The notes under the pieces are model-generated. The model was given only the letters and a program-made list of their open reading frames with translations. It had not been told where the DNA came from and did not search any database. A stretch of DNA of 64,000 bases, from NCBI GenBank assembly GCA_048013815.1, contig CM106586.1, positions 17,298,001 through 17,362,000 on the forward strand. Direction: 5' to 3'. Positions within the stretch are counted from its first letter, which is position 1, and every line of letters starts with the position of its first letter. This DNA is from Setoptus koraiensis (lineage: Eukaryota; Animalia; Arthropoda). A program made the position numbers and the translations under genes. Positions 1-10,478 of the stretch are shown here, one piece after another.

Positions 1-887
1 ATGGGTGTAAGTCATCATCGAGGGTGGCTTCAATGAATTTAGTGGAAAGTGTAATTTGAGACGACATATACTGCGCCCAAATTAGCAGTATTTACATATG
101 TAGTATGTTGATGTTTATACAGCTATAACTTTCTACCATTGCACTTTATGATGATGTAAGAACATGGCCGCTCAGGTGCTCCGTTTTTGACAACAACACG
201 ATAAATAGTTTAGTAATAAGCCAACAGCATAGGCCGTAGTGAATTAGTTAACATATACTGCGCTGGTTTATACTGTGTGTGCACTGGCGGTGCAAACAAG
301 TCTCGTGGATGATCGCATGACCGACTGCAGCAAGCGAGCTTATCTATTGTAGATCAATGTGATCGACAAAACAAGAAACTCCGAGTAGTGAGTGTGAACC
401 TTCAATCGCAGATCAGATGTTGACGACAGATACTGTGATTTACACTGATGGCACTATTAATAGAACCTCAAATGTATCATCAAAACTATGCTCGCCGGTA
501 CCGTCAACAACTTGATCAGATTATTCCATTGTTTGATGCCACATACACACATACATATGTTTTCCCTAGACCACGATAAACAGCTAACTTTAAGCAATGA
601 TGGCAGCTAACTGGGGAAAATCTGAGCAATAGTTGCGCCATAAGTGATAATAAGTAACAATGGCAGCAAGTTATAGCTTGAAAACTAGACCTGAGTGGCA
701 GAATACCGTAAACAGGTTCACTGTATGCGTTGAAATATCCTCGGTGTTGGTTTTGGTAATTGAGCGCATCGATTTCGATGGTCATTGATACTTGTAATCT
801 GTCTATCATACTCCTGCATTGCCCCTGTCGATAGCTTGGCGAGATCAGCCAGGTCGAATTTCGGCACATGCATACTGTGTGCGGATC

Positions 888-899
888 CGTCACGTGACG
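888..899. promoter_or_regulatory. Perfect 12-bp palindrome CGTCACGTGACG with E-box core (CACGTG)
   Basis: Read directly, ~1.7 kb upstream of the Clock ATG; function unproven. Confidence 0.25.
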
Positions 900-1839
900 A
901 CTCATTTGAGGCACGTCAAGCGCCAATCGGTAGTCGAATCTCCCCTGGTTGATGCTAATTGTGGGTGAATCATAGTGGGCATGTTGATGCTCACAATTAG
1001 TCAGGGCTCTGAAATTCCTCTGTCAATTGTGATGGAGGGGGGGGGCGGCATCAAATGGTAATGATAATCCCAACGACGACAAGACTGTTTACTCATGCCA
1101 TCGCTCGGCAGACTTGTAAAGACTCGCTCACACAAACACATGTTACATGTGAGCTTCGTTGGTTTGGGCAGCGAAGTGAAATCTGCTTATATTCTCAGGA
1201 CAGTGGTAGAGCGTTGAGAAGATTAGTGTGACAATTTCCACTAGTTTAGGTTGTTTACTTGTTGGGCCGGCTCGGCTGTGAGCGTTAGACACTTGATATT
1301 CCTTGGCTTGTGGCGATGGCAGTAAATAAGTTTTAACTTTAAGGTAAATATCTAGTTTTATCACGGCAGCTGCCTTACTGTATACAAATCAGCACCAACT
1401 GTATGATGAATAGCAACAATAAAGGACAAAGATTAATAAAGCGGCAGTACAACAGTGTGTCCGTAAAGTTACGCGTAACAGTAAGCGACTCGGGCAGGCC
1501 AACCGTCGGGCTAATGTATTCTGGCCACCGACGACTCGCAAAGGCTGACGCTCATTTGGTGCACTATAGTAATGGTACACACTGTGCTGTAACTCAACTG
1601 ATTTGTTAGCACTGTGGAAGTCGCAAAGAACAGCACACTCTGCACGCACGTAATTTATTTGCTTGTGCAACCAAAAGCTAGCTCCCTGTGCCGAGCCGTA
1701 TATATTGTTTCGGTAAATAAGGCCCAACGAGTGTGCACAAAAGGCGTTTTGTGCCGGCGTACAAGCGTGCGCGCCCGCCTAGCCCCTGTTGTGCGAAAAT
1801 TCTCTCGCAAACATGTCATTTTCGACACCCAATATAAGC

Positions 1840-1871
<32 letters not shown>

Positions 1872-2604
1872 ACAACTACATTGTAGCACCGATTTGTTTG
1901 TCGCATTCCATGATGAATGCCCATGTATCTCGAACCTCTCTTTACAATTTGCTGCTGATTGCGTCGCGCTTTTCTCCCCACAGCACACAGTATACGGTGT
2001 GTGTTTATGATAGTGTGCACCATATAGCAACTAAACTGGTAATGAGTGGTGAGTTGTGAGTGGCGACGGTTAAATATAGAACTAAGCTTGCACTCGGCAA
2101 GCGTTTAGTCGGACTCGTCATTGGCACATTCACGATACGCACGCCTGCTGCCACTCACACTCACTGTCGCTCACTTTTAATTCGCATTTCGCATTCACTC
2201 CTGATCCGATTAGCGACCCACTCGCACCGATAAAAATTACACTAATCGAACTGACAAATTGACTCAATTTAATTGAGTGTGTGCGTGTGTGTGCCTAAAT
2301 TCTTCTCCTTGCACGCAGAAGTTCGCAAATCGAATTCGCAACCTATCGACCAATCGAATCTCAACAACACGACTAACGCACCACAAACAAAGACCCATCG
2401 AACTATTTGCGCCGCGACTCAACGGGTTCAATATCAACATAGCTCGCACATCAGCAATACCAACTCCAGCACCGGACAACAGTGACCAAAAGCCAACGCT
2501 ATCATATACAAGAGTGCTATTGTGTAATTTATGAACAAAACAATTAAAATCAAAGTCGTTTGATGTGTCAATTATTGCTGGATAGCGTCGATTGTTGGTT
2601 CGAC

Positions 2605-5100
2605 ATGGATAAGCGTCGATCACGTAACCTGAGCGAAAAGAAACGCAGAGACCAATTTAATTCCTTGATCAATGACCTGGGATCGCATCTCAGCGAGGAC
2701 AAGCCAACGTTTGATACTGGCGGCGGTGTGGCCAACTTGTGCAACGATGGCCTCAACGCTCTCATATCCTCCAATGGATCCATATTGACCAACAGCAACA
2801 ACAACAGCAGCAGCGTTAGTCACCATTCAGCAGCAGCAGCAGCATCATCCTCGCTGACAGCATGCCACAACGACCCCAATATTTTGATCAATAACAATAT
2901 TAATCAACAATTAACTACAAACAACAATAATCTTAAATTAGACAAATCTTCCGTTCTCAAATCAGCCATAGATTTCTTGAAACAGCATGAAAAATTCAAT
3001 GCAACAGACTTGGGCATCAACAACACAGACACCATTAACGATACTAACCCAAATATAAACAACAACTCTCAGTCCAACTCATACGGCCAACAAGACGCTA
3101 ATACCAACAATGCGACAACACTCTCTCCCAGTGATATACTCTTCAAATCCTATAACAATACTGACTGCGCTAATTTATACAATAACAACAACAACAACAA
3201 TCTTCACCAAAATGATCACCAACAATTGTCTGGCAACAGCATCAATCAACTGCGCTATGTTGATTGTCTCAATTCAAATGACCAAAATCACCTTAATACA
3301 GCCCCTTGGAAACCTACCTACATAACCGATGATGAGTTTTCTGTTCTCATGTTGGAGGCGTTAGACGCTTTCATACTTGTTTGCGAGGTTAGTCACAATG
3401 CGAAAATTTTGTATGCATCAGATTCAGTTATGACATTGCTTGATTACAAAGGTCTTAAATTATGCACAAACTTAAATGACTCAGATTATGTATCCATTTA
3501 TGATCTTATTGCTCCAAGCGACAAACATCTGATTGAGAATCTTCTTCAAAATCACGAATTCATTGACAGCAACCCTAACTGCAAACATAACAGCAATAAC
3601 GGTACTAAAAGAGGACCTGAACAGTTCAATTCGTTCAACAAAAGGACTGATAACTACATTTCATTGATGATAAACTTCAGAAATGGTCTTAATTTAACCA
3701 ACGCGAAAAACATCAAATGCTCCTCGGCCAACGAGCCACTAACTAATTGTTCGAACAAGTCTATTAATACTTCACCGAACGCCAATGCTGATTATGCTGG
3801 TGAAGCTACACAATATATCCAAGAAAATAACTACGACTATTCTGCAGGAATTCAGCCTATAGTATATGAGAATGGTTACAACTTCTCACAGGATGTCAGC
3901 AAAAATACAATAACAATGCAGGATTTGACCTCAATCAACTCTAATATTGAAACCAAGTCAATTCTATCCCCTGCAAAAGTTATCAAGACAAAACAGTATC
4001 CCAAACATTTGCAGAGAAAACATTTGCAGCATCAACACCAACGTCAGCAATATGAGCTGATTCGACTGATGGGCACATTCAAGATGATCAAGCCGAACGA
4101 ATCAATTACACCCAATTCGGAACCAATCAAATGTCTGATATGCATTGGCCGATTAGAAGTACCCAGATTATCATATGATCTTAAGATCATCGTTTCACCT
4201 AAAAGTATGGCAACTTACTTTCCTAATAACCAGTTTGTTTCACGACATACTCTAAAATGGAAATTTCTGTGGCTTGACGCAAGGGCTCCTCCATTCATAG
4301 GTTACTTACCTTTTGAGGTGCTGGGAACCTCGGGCTATGATTACTATCATTGGGATGATCTTGACCGGGTCGTTACCAGTCATGAAGGACTAATGAAAAA
4401 TGGTCAGGGGGCAACCGGTCCTTACAGGTTTCTTACTAAAGGTCAGCAATGGATTTGGCTTCAGACCAAATACAGTATTATACTTAAGCCTCAATATATC
4501 GGAGAAAAGTCTAATACACAGAATTTGTCGGACCTCCGGGAAGCACAAAGTAAGACAGAGTGTAATGAAGAGGCCAAGAACAATAGAGGGGCTATCCATA
4601 ACGATTGGCGCGTAGCAAATAAGCAACCAGTCCCTGATAATGGTGTCATACATTTAGAGAATCAAGACCAAACTGTAACTAAGCAGCGGGATATTGACCA
4701 AGAGAAAAACAACCAGAGTGGGTCTCAATTGGGCAAATTCAAATGTATCTTATGTACACACACTGTAATCGGTTTTGATGAAGATGAAAACCATAAGACA
4801 CTACCAACATTATCCTCACAGCAACAGCACAATGAAAGAGGAGATTCGATTAACGACAGAGACTGTATGAGTCAGATGCCACGAATTGCTACTTCTAAAT
4901 ATAAAAATAACTTGAGTGGTAGTCTTGATCCCGCGGGTGATAGAACTTCACTAGATGCTGAACCTCCACCTGGTAAAACTAAAACGAAATCTCTTCAAAA
5001 CAACAAGAACCCATGCGAGAGTTCTGTTGGAAGATCAAAGAATACGAGGAAAGATTCATCAAGTTATCCAGGACATAAAAGACAGAGGCCGTCATTCTAG
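2605..5100 (+). CDS. Clk: Circadian bHLH-PAS transcription factor CLOCK, intronless
   Basis: bHLH RRSRNLSEKKRRDQFNSLINDLGSHL...LDKSSVLKSAIDFLKQH; PAS-A LMLEALDAF; PAS-B SRHTLKWKFLWLDARAPPFIGYLPFEVLGTSGYDYYHWDDL...YRFLTKGQQWIWLQT. First likely Met at 2605. Confidence 0.93.
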   Translation: MDKRRSRNLSEKKRRDQFNSLINDLGSHLSEDKPTFDTGGGVANLCNDGLNALISSNGSILTNSNNNSSSVSHHSAAAAASSSLTACHNDPNILINNNINQQLTTNNNNLKLDKSSVLKSAIDFLKQHEKFNATDLGINNTDTINDTNPNINNNSQSNSYGQQDANTNNATTLSPSDILFKSYNNTDCANLYNNNNNNNLHQNDHQQLSGNSINQLRYVDCLNSNDQNHLNTAPWKPTYITDDEFSVLMLEALDAFILVCEVSHNAKILYASDSVMTLLDYKGLKLCTNLNDSDYVSIYDLIAPSDKHLIENLLQNHEFIDSNPNCKHNSNNGTKRGPEQFNSFNKRTDNYISLMINFRNGLNLTNAKNIKCSSANEPLTNCSNKSINTSPNANADYAGEATQYIQENNYDYSAGIQPIVYENGYNFSQDVSKNTITMQDLTSINSNIETKSILSPAKVIKTKQYPKHLQRKHLQHQHQRQQYELIRLMGTFKMIKPNESITPNSEPIKCLICIGRLEVPRLSYDLKIIVSPKSMATYFPNNQFVSRHTLKWKFLWLDARAPPFIGYLPFEVLGTSGYDYYHWDDLDRVVTSHEGLMKNGQGATGPYRFLTKGQQWIWLQTKYSIILKPQYIGEKSNTQNLSDLREAQSKTECNEEAKNNRGAIHNDWRVANKQPVPDNGVIHLENQDQTVTKQRDIDQEKNNQSGSQLGKFKCILCTHTVIGFDEDENHKTLPTLSSQQQHNERGDSINDRDCMSQMPRIATSKYKNNLSGSLDPAGDRTSLDAEPPPGKTKTKSLQNNKNPCESSVGRSKNTRKDSSSYPGHKRQRPSF

Positions 5101-5762
5101 ATAAATGAACGATTTCAGAACATCACTATTGTCATGCCTGAGCAAATATGTTGCACTTACGTGTCAGATTTATTAATAAGTTTATTTTTCCGATACAAAC
5201 ACGCCAAATCAATACAATTCCTATGTTATGCTAATAGTTGACAAAATCATCTATATATGTACCGGCGACATATGACCGACAAGTCTTCCTCCGCTCTCGT
5301 GTAACATGAGCTCTTTGTTGGAGGATCTCTGGCTAGTAGTTTTTATGATTCTTGATGCTTCGAAGCTGGAAGAAAAATATGTCGGCAAGAAAGTCGAATT
5401 ACTGGTTAAAACGCAAAAATCCTCCGGGCAAACATTATCAACTCCTTTCGCGAGTTATCGCAACCAGCTCTTTGGCTACATTCTAGCATAATATTCAACA
5501 AGATGGAGTCTACTGCTGTAGAATGTTCACAGTTCTGAACATGTTCTGAGTTTGTCCAAATCTGTTCACTTCGTTCATCCTTTATTACGGTTCCTTCAAA
5601 AAGTAAACACGAGTGTACTTCATTGAAGTTGGACTGCGAGTGGTTCAAGAAGAGGTTCAAAAAATTCGATATAATACGCGAGGGGATCCGGGTATAATAT
5701 GCAAATACACAAATCAACTTTTCTCGACGGGTCATTTTGTATGATCTAATGAGCTCTAGTTG

Positions 5763-5900
5763 ATCAGTATCTCACGACGAATCGTTACATTTTATTGTTG
5801 TGACTTATAATCTCAAATTCATATCATTATCAACCACTGTTCTTTTATTGATTTTAAACGACAATTCACTCACAGCTTTTCGGTAGTAGAACAGCCTATC
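5763..5900. repeat. Dispersed degenerate ~140-bp repeat, copy 1 (copy 2 at 8574-8713)
   Basis: Shared blocks atcagtatctcac, tttattgtt, gactt.taatct.aaattcatatcatt.tcaac, gacaattc, gtagtagaacag in the same order. Confidence 0.7.
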
Positions 5901-5963
5901 TTGTCAAAGTTATTCACATTTATACTTATCTCAGCTGTCGTTAATAGAATTGGGTAGCGATTT

Positions 5964-7961
5964 TTAGTTTCTATGGTCGTGAAGCTGCTGTTGTAACTTT
6001 CTCACATCTCTACAGAGGACATTCAATTTTAGTTTGAGATCATTTACTTCAGATTTGACATCATTGAGAAATTCCTCAAGACCCTGACTGAAGGCGGTGT
6101 TCAGCTTGTTGAATAGTGCCGACGCTAGTCTGTCCATATGATTGGGATCAAAGCCTGCAGGTTGAACCATACTACTTTTACTATTATTTAACATGGAGGT
6201 AGTCATATTTGGAAGAGTATGAAATGTTGGTGCAGAACTAGTGCTAGGTGTGCTCATTTGAGCCATCACGACATTTGTTTGTACATGAGGTGTCAAACTA
6301 GAGTGACCTGGTTGTAGAGTTGCCGCAACAGTTGAAGCTTTAGTCGGGGTTGAAATTTTGCTTATATTACCACTGTTGTTGCTTGTATTATTTGTAGCTT
6401 GAGCATTGTTTGTGTTCGATGACGAAATTCTTAGATTGCCATCAAATTGTTCAAGAAATCTCTTAAGCTCATGTGGGGTTGCTGCATTTGGTCGTGGTTC
6501 ATCAGCGGTCGGAGTCTCTTCACATTCATTAATCAGACTTAGATTAATGATGAATTTTTCCAATGAGTAGGCCGATATTGTAAACAATTCAAGCTCATCC
6601 TCAGATTTGTGTTTTACAGCAAATGAATATATAGGGTTATGCAAACCGAATCGCGTGATCTTGACTATACGTGGCAAAATAGTTGCTGAGTTTGGAGTAT
6701 CAGGGGTTGAGGTCTTCATTGGCGATGCTTTCACTGAATATGGAGATCCGTTAACTAGTTCACTGTTAGCATTCTCAGTCCCTTTACTGGAGTTGGAGAT
6801 ATCGTGATCAATTTGGACTACGAAGGCCTGATTCCCATTAATAGCTATCACGCACTTGGCCCTTAAATCAATCCTGTAATCAAAATTTTTCGGTCCGGTT
6901 TCAATTATAAATGTAACAGATTGATAGACGGACCAGGTTTTCAAATCGATCAGAATCATTTGACCATTCTTTGTGGCAATGAATGCGGCACCCCAGAATT
7001 GCATGGTACTATCTTTCAGTAGTTTTGGATAATCATCTAAGAAGAACAATTTAGAAATTGAGCTATTATCTGTTATATCGGCCTTCCAATTATGTAAGCA
7101 TCTTTGATTGTGATCATCAATATCACTGGCGAAAAATTTCACTCCATTATCCTCGGCTGCGGCAGAGATAGTGGAACAATCAGGTGATATACTCAACGAA
7201 ACAATGTTGGTTCCATGGGCATTGCTGATACTTTTATATGCTCCTTTGAGGTCTTGACGCTGCATCTCGCCTGTTTTACCTTGAAGCCTATCCATGGCAA
7301 ATATTTCAATACTGCGATCAGTGGCCAATGCAAGCCTGAGACCACCATCACCATCGTCAAAATCTTCGCACGGTACGAAAGGACACCATACTAAATGGAT
7401 TGAATCTAATGGAGAAACATCTTGAGAAGGGCCACGAATGACAGCAACCCTCAGTGCCGTTAAATCGTTGATATAATAAGATAAATCATACAAATAGATG
7501 TTAGCAAGCTTGTCGACAATGGCTAATTTAATAACATCGGACTGTGAGCACAGGGTTGAATTGATGGTGAAAACGCAATCCGCTGGCCTAGCGTGATAGA
7601 TCCCTTTGGCGAGACATCGTTGCCTTGATTCGTAATCCAGAATTCTAATGGATACCGTTTTGTTTTTGATGGCCTGATCAGAGCTTTGATCTGGCGTTTT
7701 ATGTTGCTGCTGTTGGTCATATGACGAGGCCCATGCTTTAGATATCTTTTGTGTGCGTTGGATGTTTATCAGGTAGGCAATAAGGGGCTTTGTTGGGTGG
7801 ATAGCAAGGACATTTGCCCGGTCATTGCGCTCAAATGAGTAATCAACAATTTTTTCAACTTTCGCTGAATCTGTGATAGATAAATCTTTTTTATCGCGGA
7901 CGAAACTGGAAGCGAAAATTGTTATTGGTTGCTTACTACGAGGAATTGTTACTGAGGCCAT
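5964..7961 (-). CDS. EDC4: Enhancer of mRNA decapping 4 (Ge-1), N-terminal WD40 region plus short coiled coil, intronless
   Basis: Ge-1 WD40 motifs LVWCPFVPCED, ISPDCSTISAAAEDNGVKFF, SKLFFLDD...QFWGA, KTWSVYQSVTF; S/T-rich linker; helical C-terminus; 665 aa. Confidence 0.8.
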   Translation of the reverse strand: MASVTIPRSKQPITIFASSFVRDKKDLSITDSAKVEKIVDYSFERNDRANVLAIHPTKPLIAYLINIQRTQKISKAWASSYDQQQQHKTPDQSSDQAIKNKTVSIRILDYESRQRCLAKGIYHARPADCVFTINSTLCSQSDVIKLAIVDKLANIYLYDLSYYINDLTALRVAVIRGPSQDVSPLDSIHLVWCPFVPCEDFDDGDGGLRLALATDRSIEIFAMDRLQGKTGEMQRQDLKGAYKSISNAHGTNIVSLSISPDCSTISAAAEDNGVKFFASDIDDHNQRCLHNWKADITDNSSISKLFFLDDYPKLLKDSTMQFWGAAFIATKNGQMILIDLKTWSVYQSVTFIIETGPKNFDYRIDLRAKCVIAINGNQAFVVQIDHDISNSSKGTENANSELVNGSPYSVKASPMKTSTPDTPNSATILPRIVKITRFGLHNPIYSFAVKHKSEDELELFTISAYSLEKFIINLSLINECEETPTADEPRPNAATPHELKRFLEQFDGNLRISSSNTNNAQATNNTSNNSGNISKISTPTKASTVAATLQPGHSSLTPHVQTNVVMAQMSTPSTSSAPTFHTLPNMTTSMLNNSKSSMVQPAGFDPNHMDRLASALFNKLNTAFSQGLEEFLNDVKSEVNDLKLKLNVLCRDVRKLQQQLHDHRN

Positions 7962-8573
7962 GGTTGAAGATCAAAGGATATGTTCGGGTGGTGTCGCTGT
8001 TCTACAACTATACATGAAATAGTAATAATAATGATAATAATAATGATAATAATAATACTTCTGAGTGGTGCTGGTGTAAAGAAGAAATGTCAATAATAGT
8101 AGAAATAATACAGTGAAGATATTTGAAGCAATTTCTTGCTAGTCCGCTTGAGCTGAGGCTTAGATTTCATTTATTCACGATATAGGGTGATCGAGTACTT
8201 TTGCTCAGTGGGCGTGGAGCAAAAAAGCATTATTCATTCCATAAGCGAGCGGTGAGCGTATTTTATCAACGCGAGCATGGCACTGCGTGCTACATGGGCG
8301 GTCATGTGCAGTAGAGGCGTGGAAGGGGGTGTGAAAATTTTACACAGCCTCATATAGCGCCTCATTCCGACCCGTCCCGACCCGTATATATATTCCCGCA
8401 CTTGAAAATCGATAGTACCGAGCTACAGTCGTTGAACAGTCAAAGATCTTGCAATGGGCGCAATATTCAAAATTGTTTTCGCCCAATGGGCCCAAAAAAC
8501 TACGGGGATTGAGTCGCCTTCGCTCGAGTAATGAGAGAAGTATTACTGACGATGAGCTTTCGAATACTGGTTT

Positions 8574-8713
8574 ATCAGTATCTCACCACTAATGGTAACT
8601 TTTTATTGTTCTGACTTTAGTCAGTTTTGACTTGTAATCTAAAATTCATATCATTGTCAACTTTCGCTCCATTATCGATTTTGAATGACAATTCTCTTAG
8701 TAGTAGAACAGAC
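8574..8713. repeat. Dispersed degenerate ~140-bp repeat, copy 2
   Basis: Aligns by eye to 5763-5900. Confidence 0.7.
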
Positions 8714-10462
8714 TATATTCATCATCACTATCATAATTAAAACTTTCGCCGCTCTGTCTCGTCGGTGTTGGGCCACTACAGTTTTGAAGAACCTCTGTAA
8801 AACTTTCGCTGCCTTATCACGTCGGTGTTGGGCCACTACAGTTTTGAAGAACCTCTGTAAAACTTTCGCTGCCCTGTCTCGTCGGTTTTGGGCCAATACA
8901 GTTTTGAAGAACCTCTGTAAAACTTTCGCTGCTCTGTCTCGTCGGTTTTGTACCACTACAGTTTTGAAGAACCTCTGTAAAACTTTCGCTGCTCTGTCAC
9001 GTCGGTTTTGTACCACTACAGTTTTGAAGAACCTCTGCAAAACTTTCGCTGCTCTGTCACGTCGATTTTGTACCACTACAGTTTTGAAGAACCTCTGTAA
9101 AACTTTCGCTGCTCTGTCTCGTCGGTGTTGGGCCACTACAGTTTTGAAGAACCTCTGTAAAACTTTCGCTGCCTTATCACGTCGGTGTTGGGCCACTACA
9201 GTTTTGAAGAACCTCTGTAAAACTTTCGCTGCCCTGTCTCGTCGGTTTTGGGCCACTACAGTTTTGAAGAACCTCTGTAAAACTTTCGCTGCTCTGTCTC
9301 GTCGGTTTTGGGCCACTACAGTTTTGAAGAACCTCTGTAAAACTTTCGCTGCTCTGTCACGTCGGTTTTGTACCACTACAGTTTTCAAGAACCTCTGTAA
9401 GACTTTCGCTGCTCTGTCACGTCGATTTTGTACCACTACAGTTTTGAAGAACCTCTGTAAAACTTTCGCTGCCTTTTCACGTCGGTTTTGGGCCATCACA
9501 GTTTCCAAAGATTTCTGCAATAATCTTGCTTCTTTTTCACGTCTCTTGCGAGCCACTACAGTCCGAAAAAAATTCTGTATAACTTTCGCCGCGTTGTCAC
9601 GTTGTTCAGCTATGATTATACGTCGCACAATCTGAGAGGACAATCTCCTTTTGTTCGCTCGGCTCAATACGACAGCAGCTTTATTTTTTTCCCCTAATGT
9701 CGGGATCTTGCTAACGCTGATTCTATTGAGAGTTCTTTTGGATGGACTGACGATTCTGCCTAAGGACGCCGTAGACCGATTCATATTGGTTACTCTTGGC
9801 TTAGATAAGGAGGGCCTAGGCTGATTCATGCTGGTCTCTCTTGGCTTCACTAAGGAGGGCCTAGACTGGTTCATGTTGGTTCCTCTTGGCTTCAGTACTG
9901 TCTTTGTTATTATTTTTTGACGTTCTGCAAAACCAGTCAGAAATATCTTGAATAAGTGTTTGTTGACATCGGTGAAGTTTATCGACTCTCGGACACCGCC
10001 TGACATTTCGGGTGTCCATTTTACAGTTAAAGTGATGGATGACTTAGGCGGTAACTTAAGATGGTTGGTGTCAATCAAGAAGGCTTTTTCCGCCTTAGGA
10101 ACTTTGGTGACCCTCAATTGTTGAATATGATCTTTTGAATTTCTAACGGTGACTTGGCAAACTTTTGTCTGTCCCACGTGAACTGTGCCAAAATCGAGAA
10201 TAGGTGACTGCCTAAACAAAGAGAGCTCTAATATTGGAATTGTTTGTGGGCCCGAGAATTTGTTTCTCCGTTCCGTGGGGACCGTAGGCTGATTTAATGG
10301 AATGATGTGTTGGATGAGGCCACCATTGGCAGTCATGATTGGTTGTTTGTGTTGAATGAGGCCACCATTGGCAGTCATGATTGGTTGTTTGTGTTGGAAG
10401 AGGCCACCATTGGCAGTCATAATTGGTTGTTTGTGTTGAATGAGGCCACCATTGGAAGTCAT
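8672..10462 (-). CDS. Abnormal spindle/ASPM-like protein: ASH domain plus tandem 20-aa IQ-like repeats, no CH domains
   Basis: LELSLFRQSPILDFGTVHVG...VKWTPEMSGGVRESINF resembles the ASPM N-terminal ASH domain; followed by 12 near-identical AAKVLQRFFKTVVxQxRRD units and 2 diverged units. True start and 3' end uncertain. Confidence 0.75.
   Translation of the reverse strand: MTSNGGLIQHKQPIMTANGGLFQHKQPIMTANGGLIQHKQPIMTANGGLIQHIIPLNQPTVPTERRNKFSGPQTIPILELSLFRQSPILDFGTVHVGQTKVCQVTVRNSKDHIQQLRVTKVPKAEKAFLIDTNHLKLPPKSSITLTVKWTPEMSGGVRESINFTDVNKHLFKIFLTGFAERQKIITKTVLKPRGTNMNQSRPSLVKPRETSMNQPRPSLSKPRVTNMNRSTASLGRIVSPSKRTLNRISVSKIPTLGEKNKAAVVLSRANKRRLSSQIVRRIIIAEQRDNAAKVIQNFFRTVVARKRREKEARLLQKSLETVMAQNRREKAAKVLQRFFKTVVVQNRRDRAAKVLQRFLKTVVVQNRRDRAAKVLQRFFKTVVAQNRRDRAAKVLQRFFKTVVAQNRRDRAAKVLQRFFKTVVAQHRRDKAAKVLQRFFKTVVAQHRRDRAAKVLQRFFKTVVVQNRRDRAAKVLQRFFKTVVVQNRRDRAAKVLQRFFKTVVVQNRRDRAAKVLQRFFKTVLAQNRRDRAAKVLQRFFKTVVAQHRRDKAAKVLQRFFKTVVAQHRRDRAAKVLIMIVMMNIVCSTTKRIVIQNR
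8741..9500. repeat. 60-bp tandem array (~12.5 copies) with a 360-bp higher-order duplication
   Basis: Consecutive 60-nt lines 8761-9480 are almost identical; the variant pattern of 8761-9120 recurs at 9121-9480. Confidence 0.97.
9780..9895 (-). repeat. 42-bp coding repeat x3 (TNMNQSRPSLVKPR-like)
   Basis: Three diverged 14-aa units in the ASPM-like linker. Confidence 0.75.
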
Positions 10463-10478
10463 GATTGGTTGTTTGTGT
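10310..10478. repeat. 39-bp tandem repeat x4
   Basis: Unit gaggccaccattggcagtcatgattggttgtttgtgttg(aat), encoding MTANGGLIQHKQPI on the minus strand. Confidence 0.95.

Noticed and set aside
516-926. 136-aa minus ORF upstream of Clock
   Set aside because: No recognisable motif and no supporting splice structure.
5406-5735. 109-aa minus ORF between Clock and Edc4
   Set aside because: No homology recognised; may be part of the repeat fossil.
8685-9635. 316-aa plus-strand ORF of repeated KNLCKTFAALSRR
   Set aside because: Antisense shadow of the 60-bp array, which has no stop in that frame; the minus frame carries the ASH domain.
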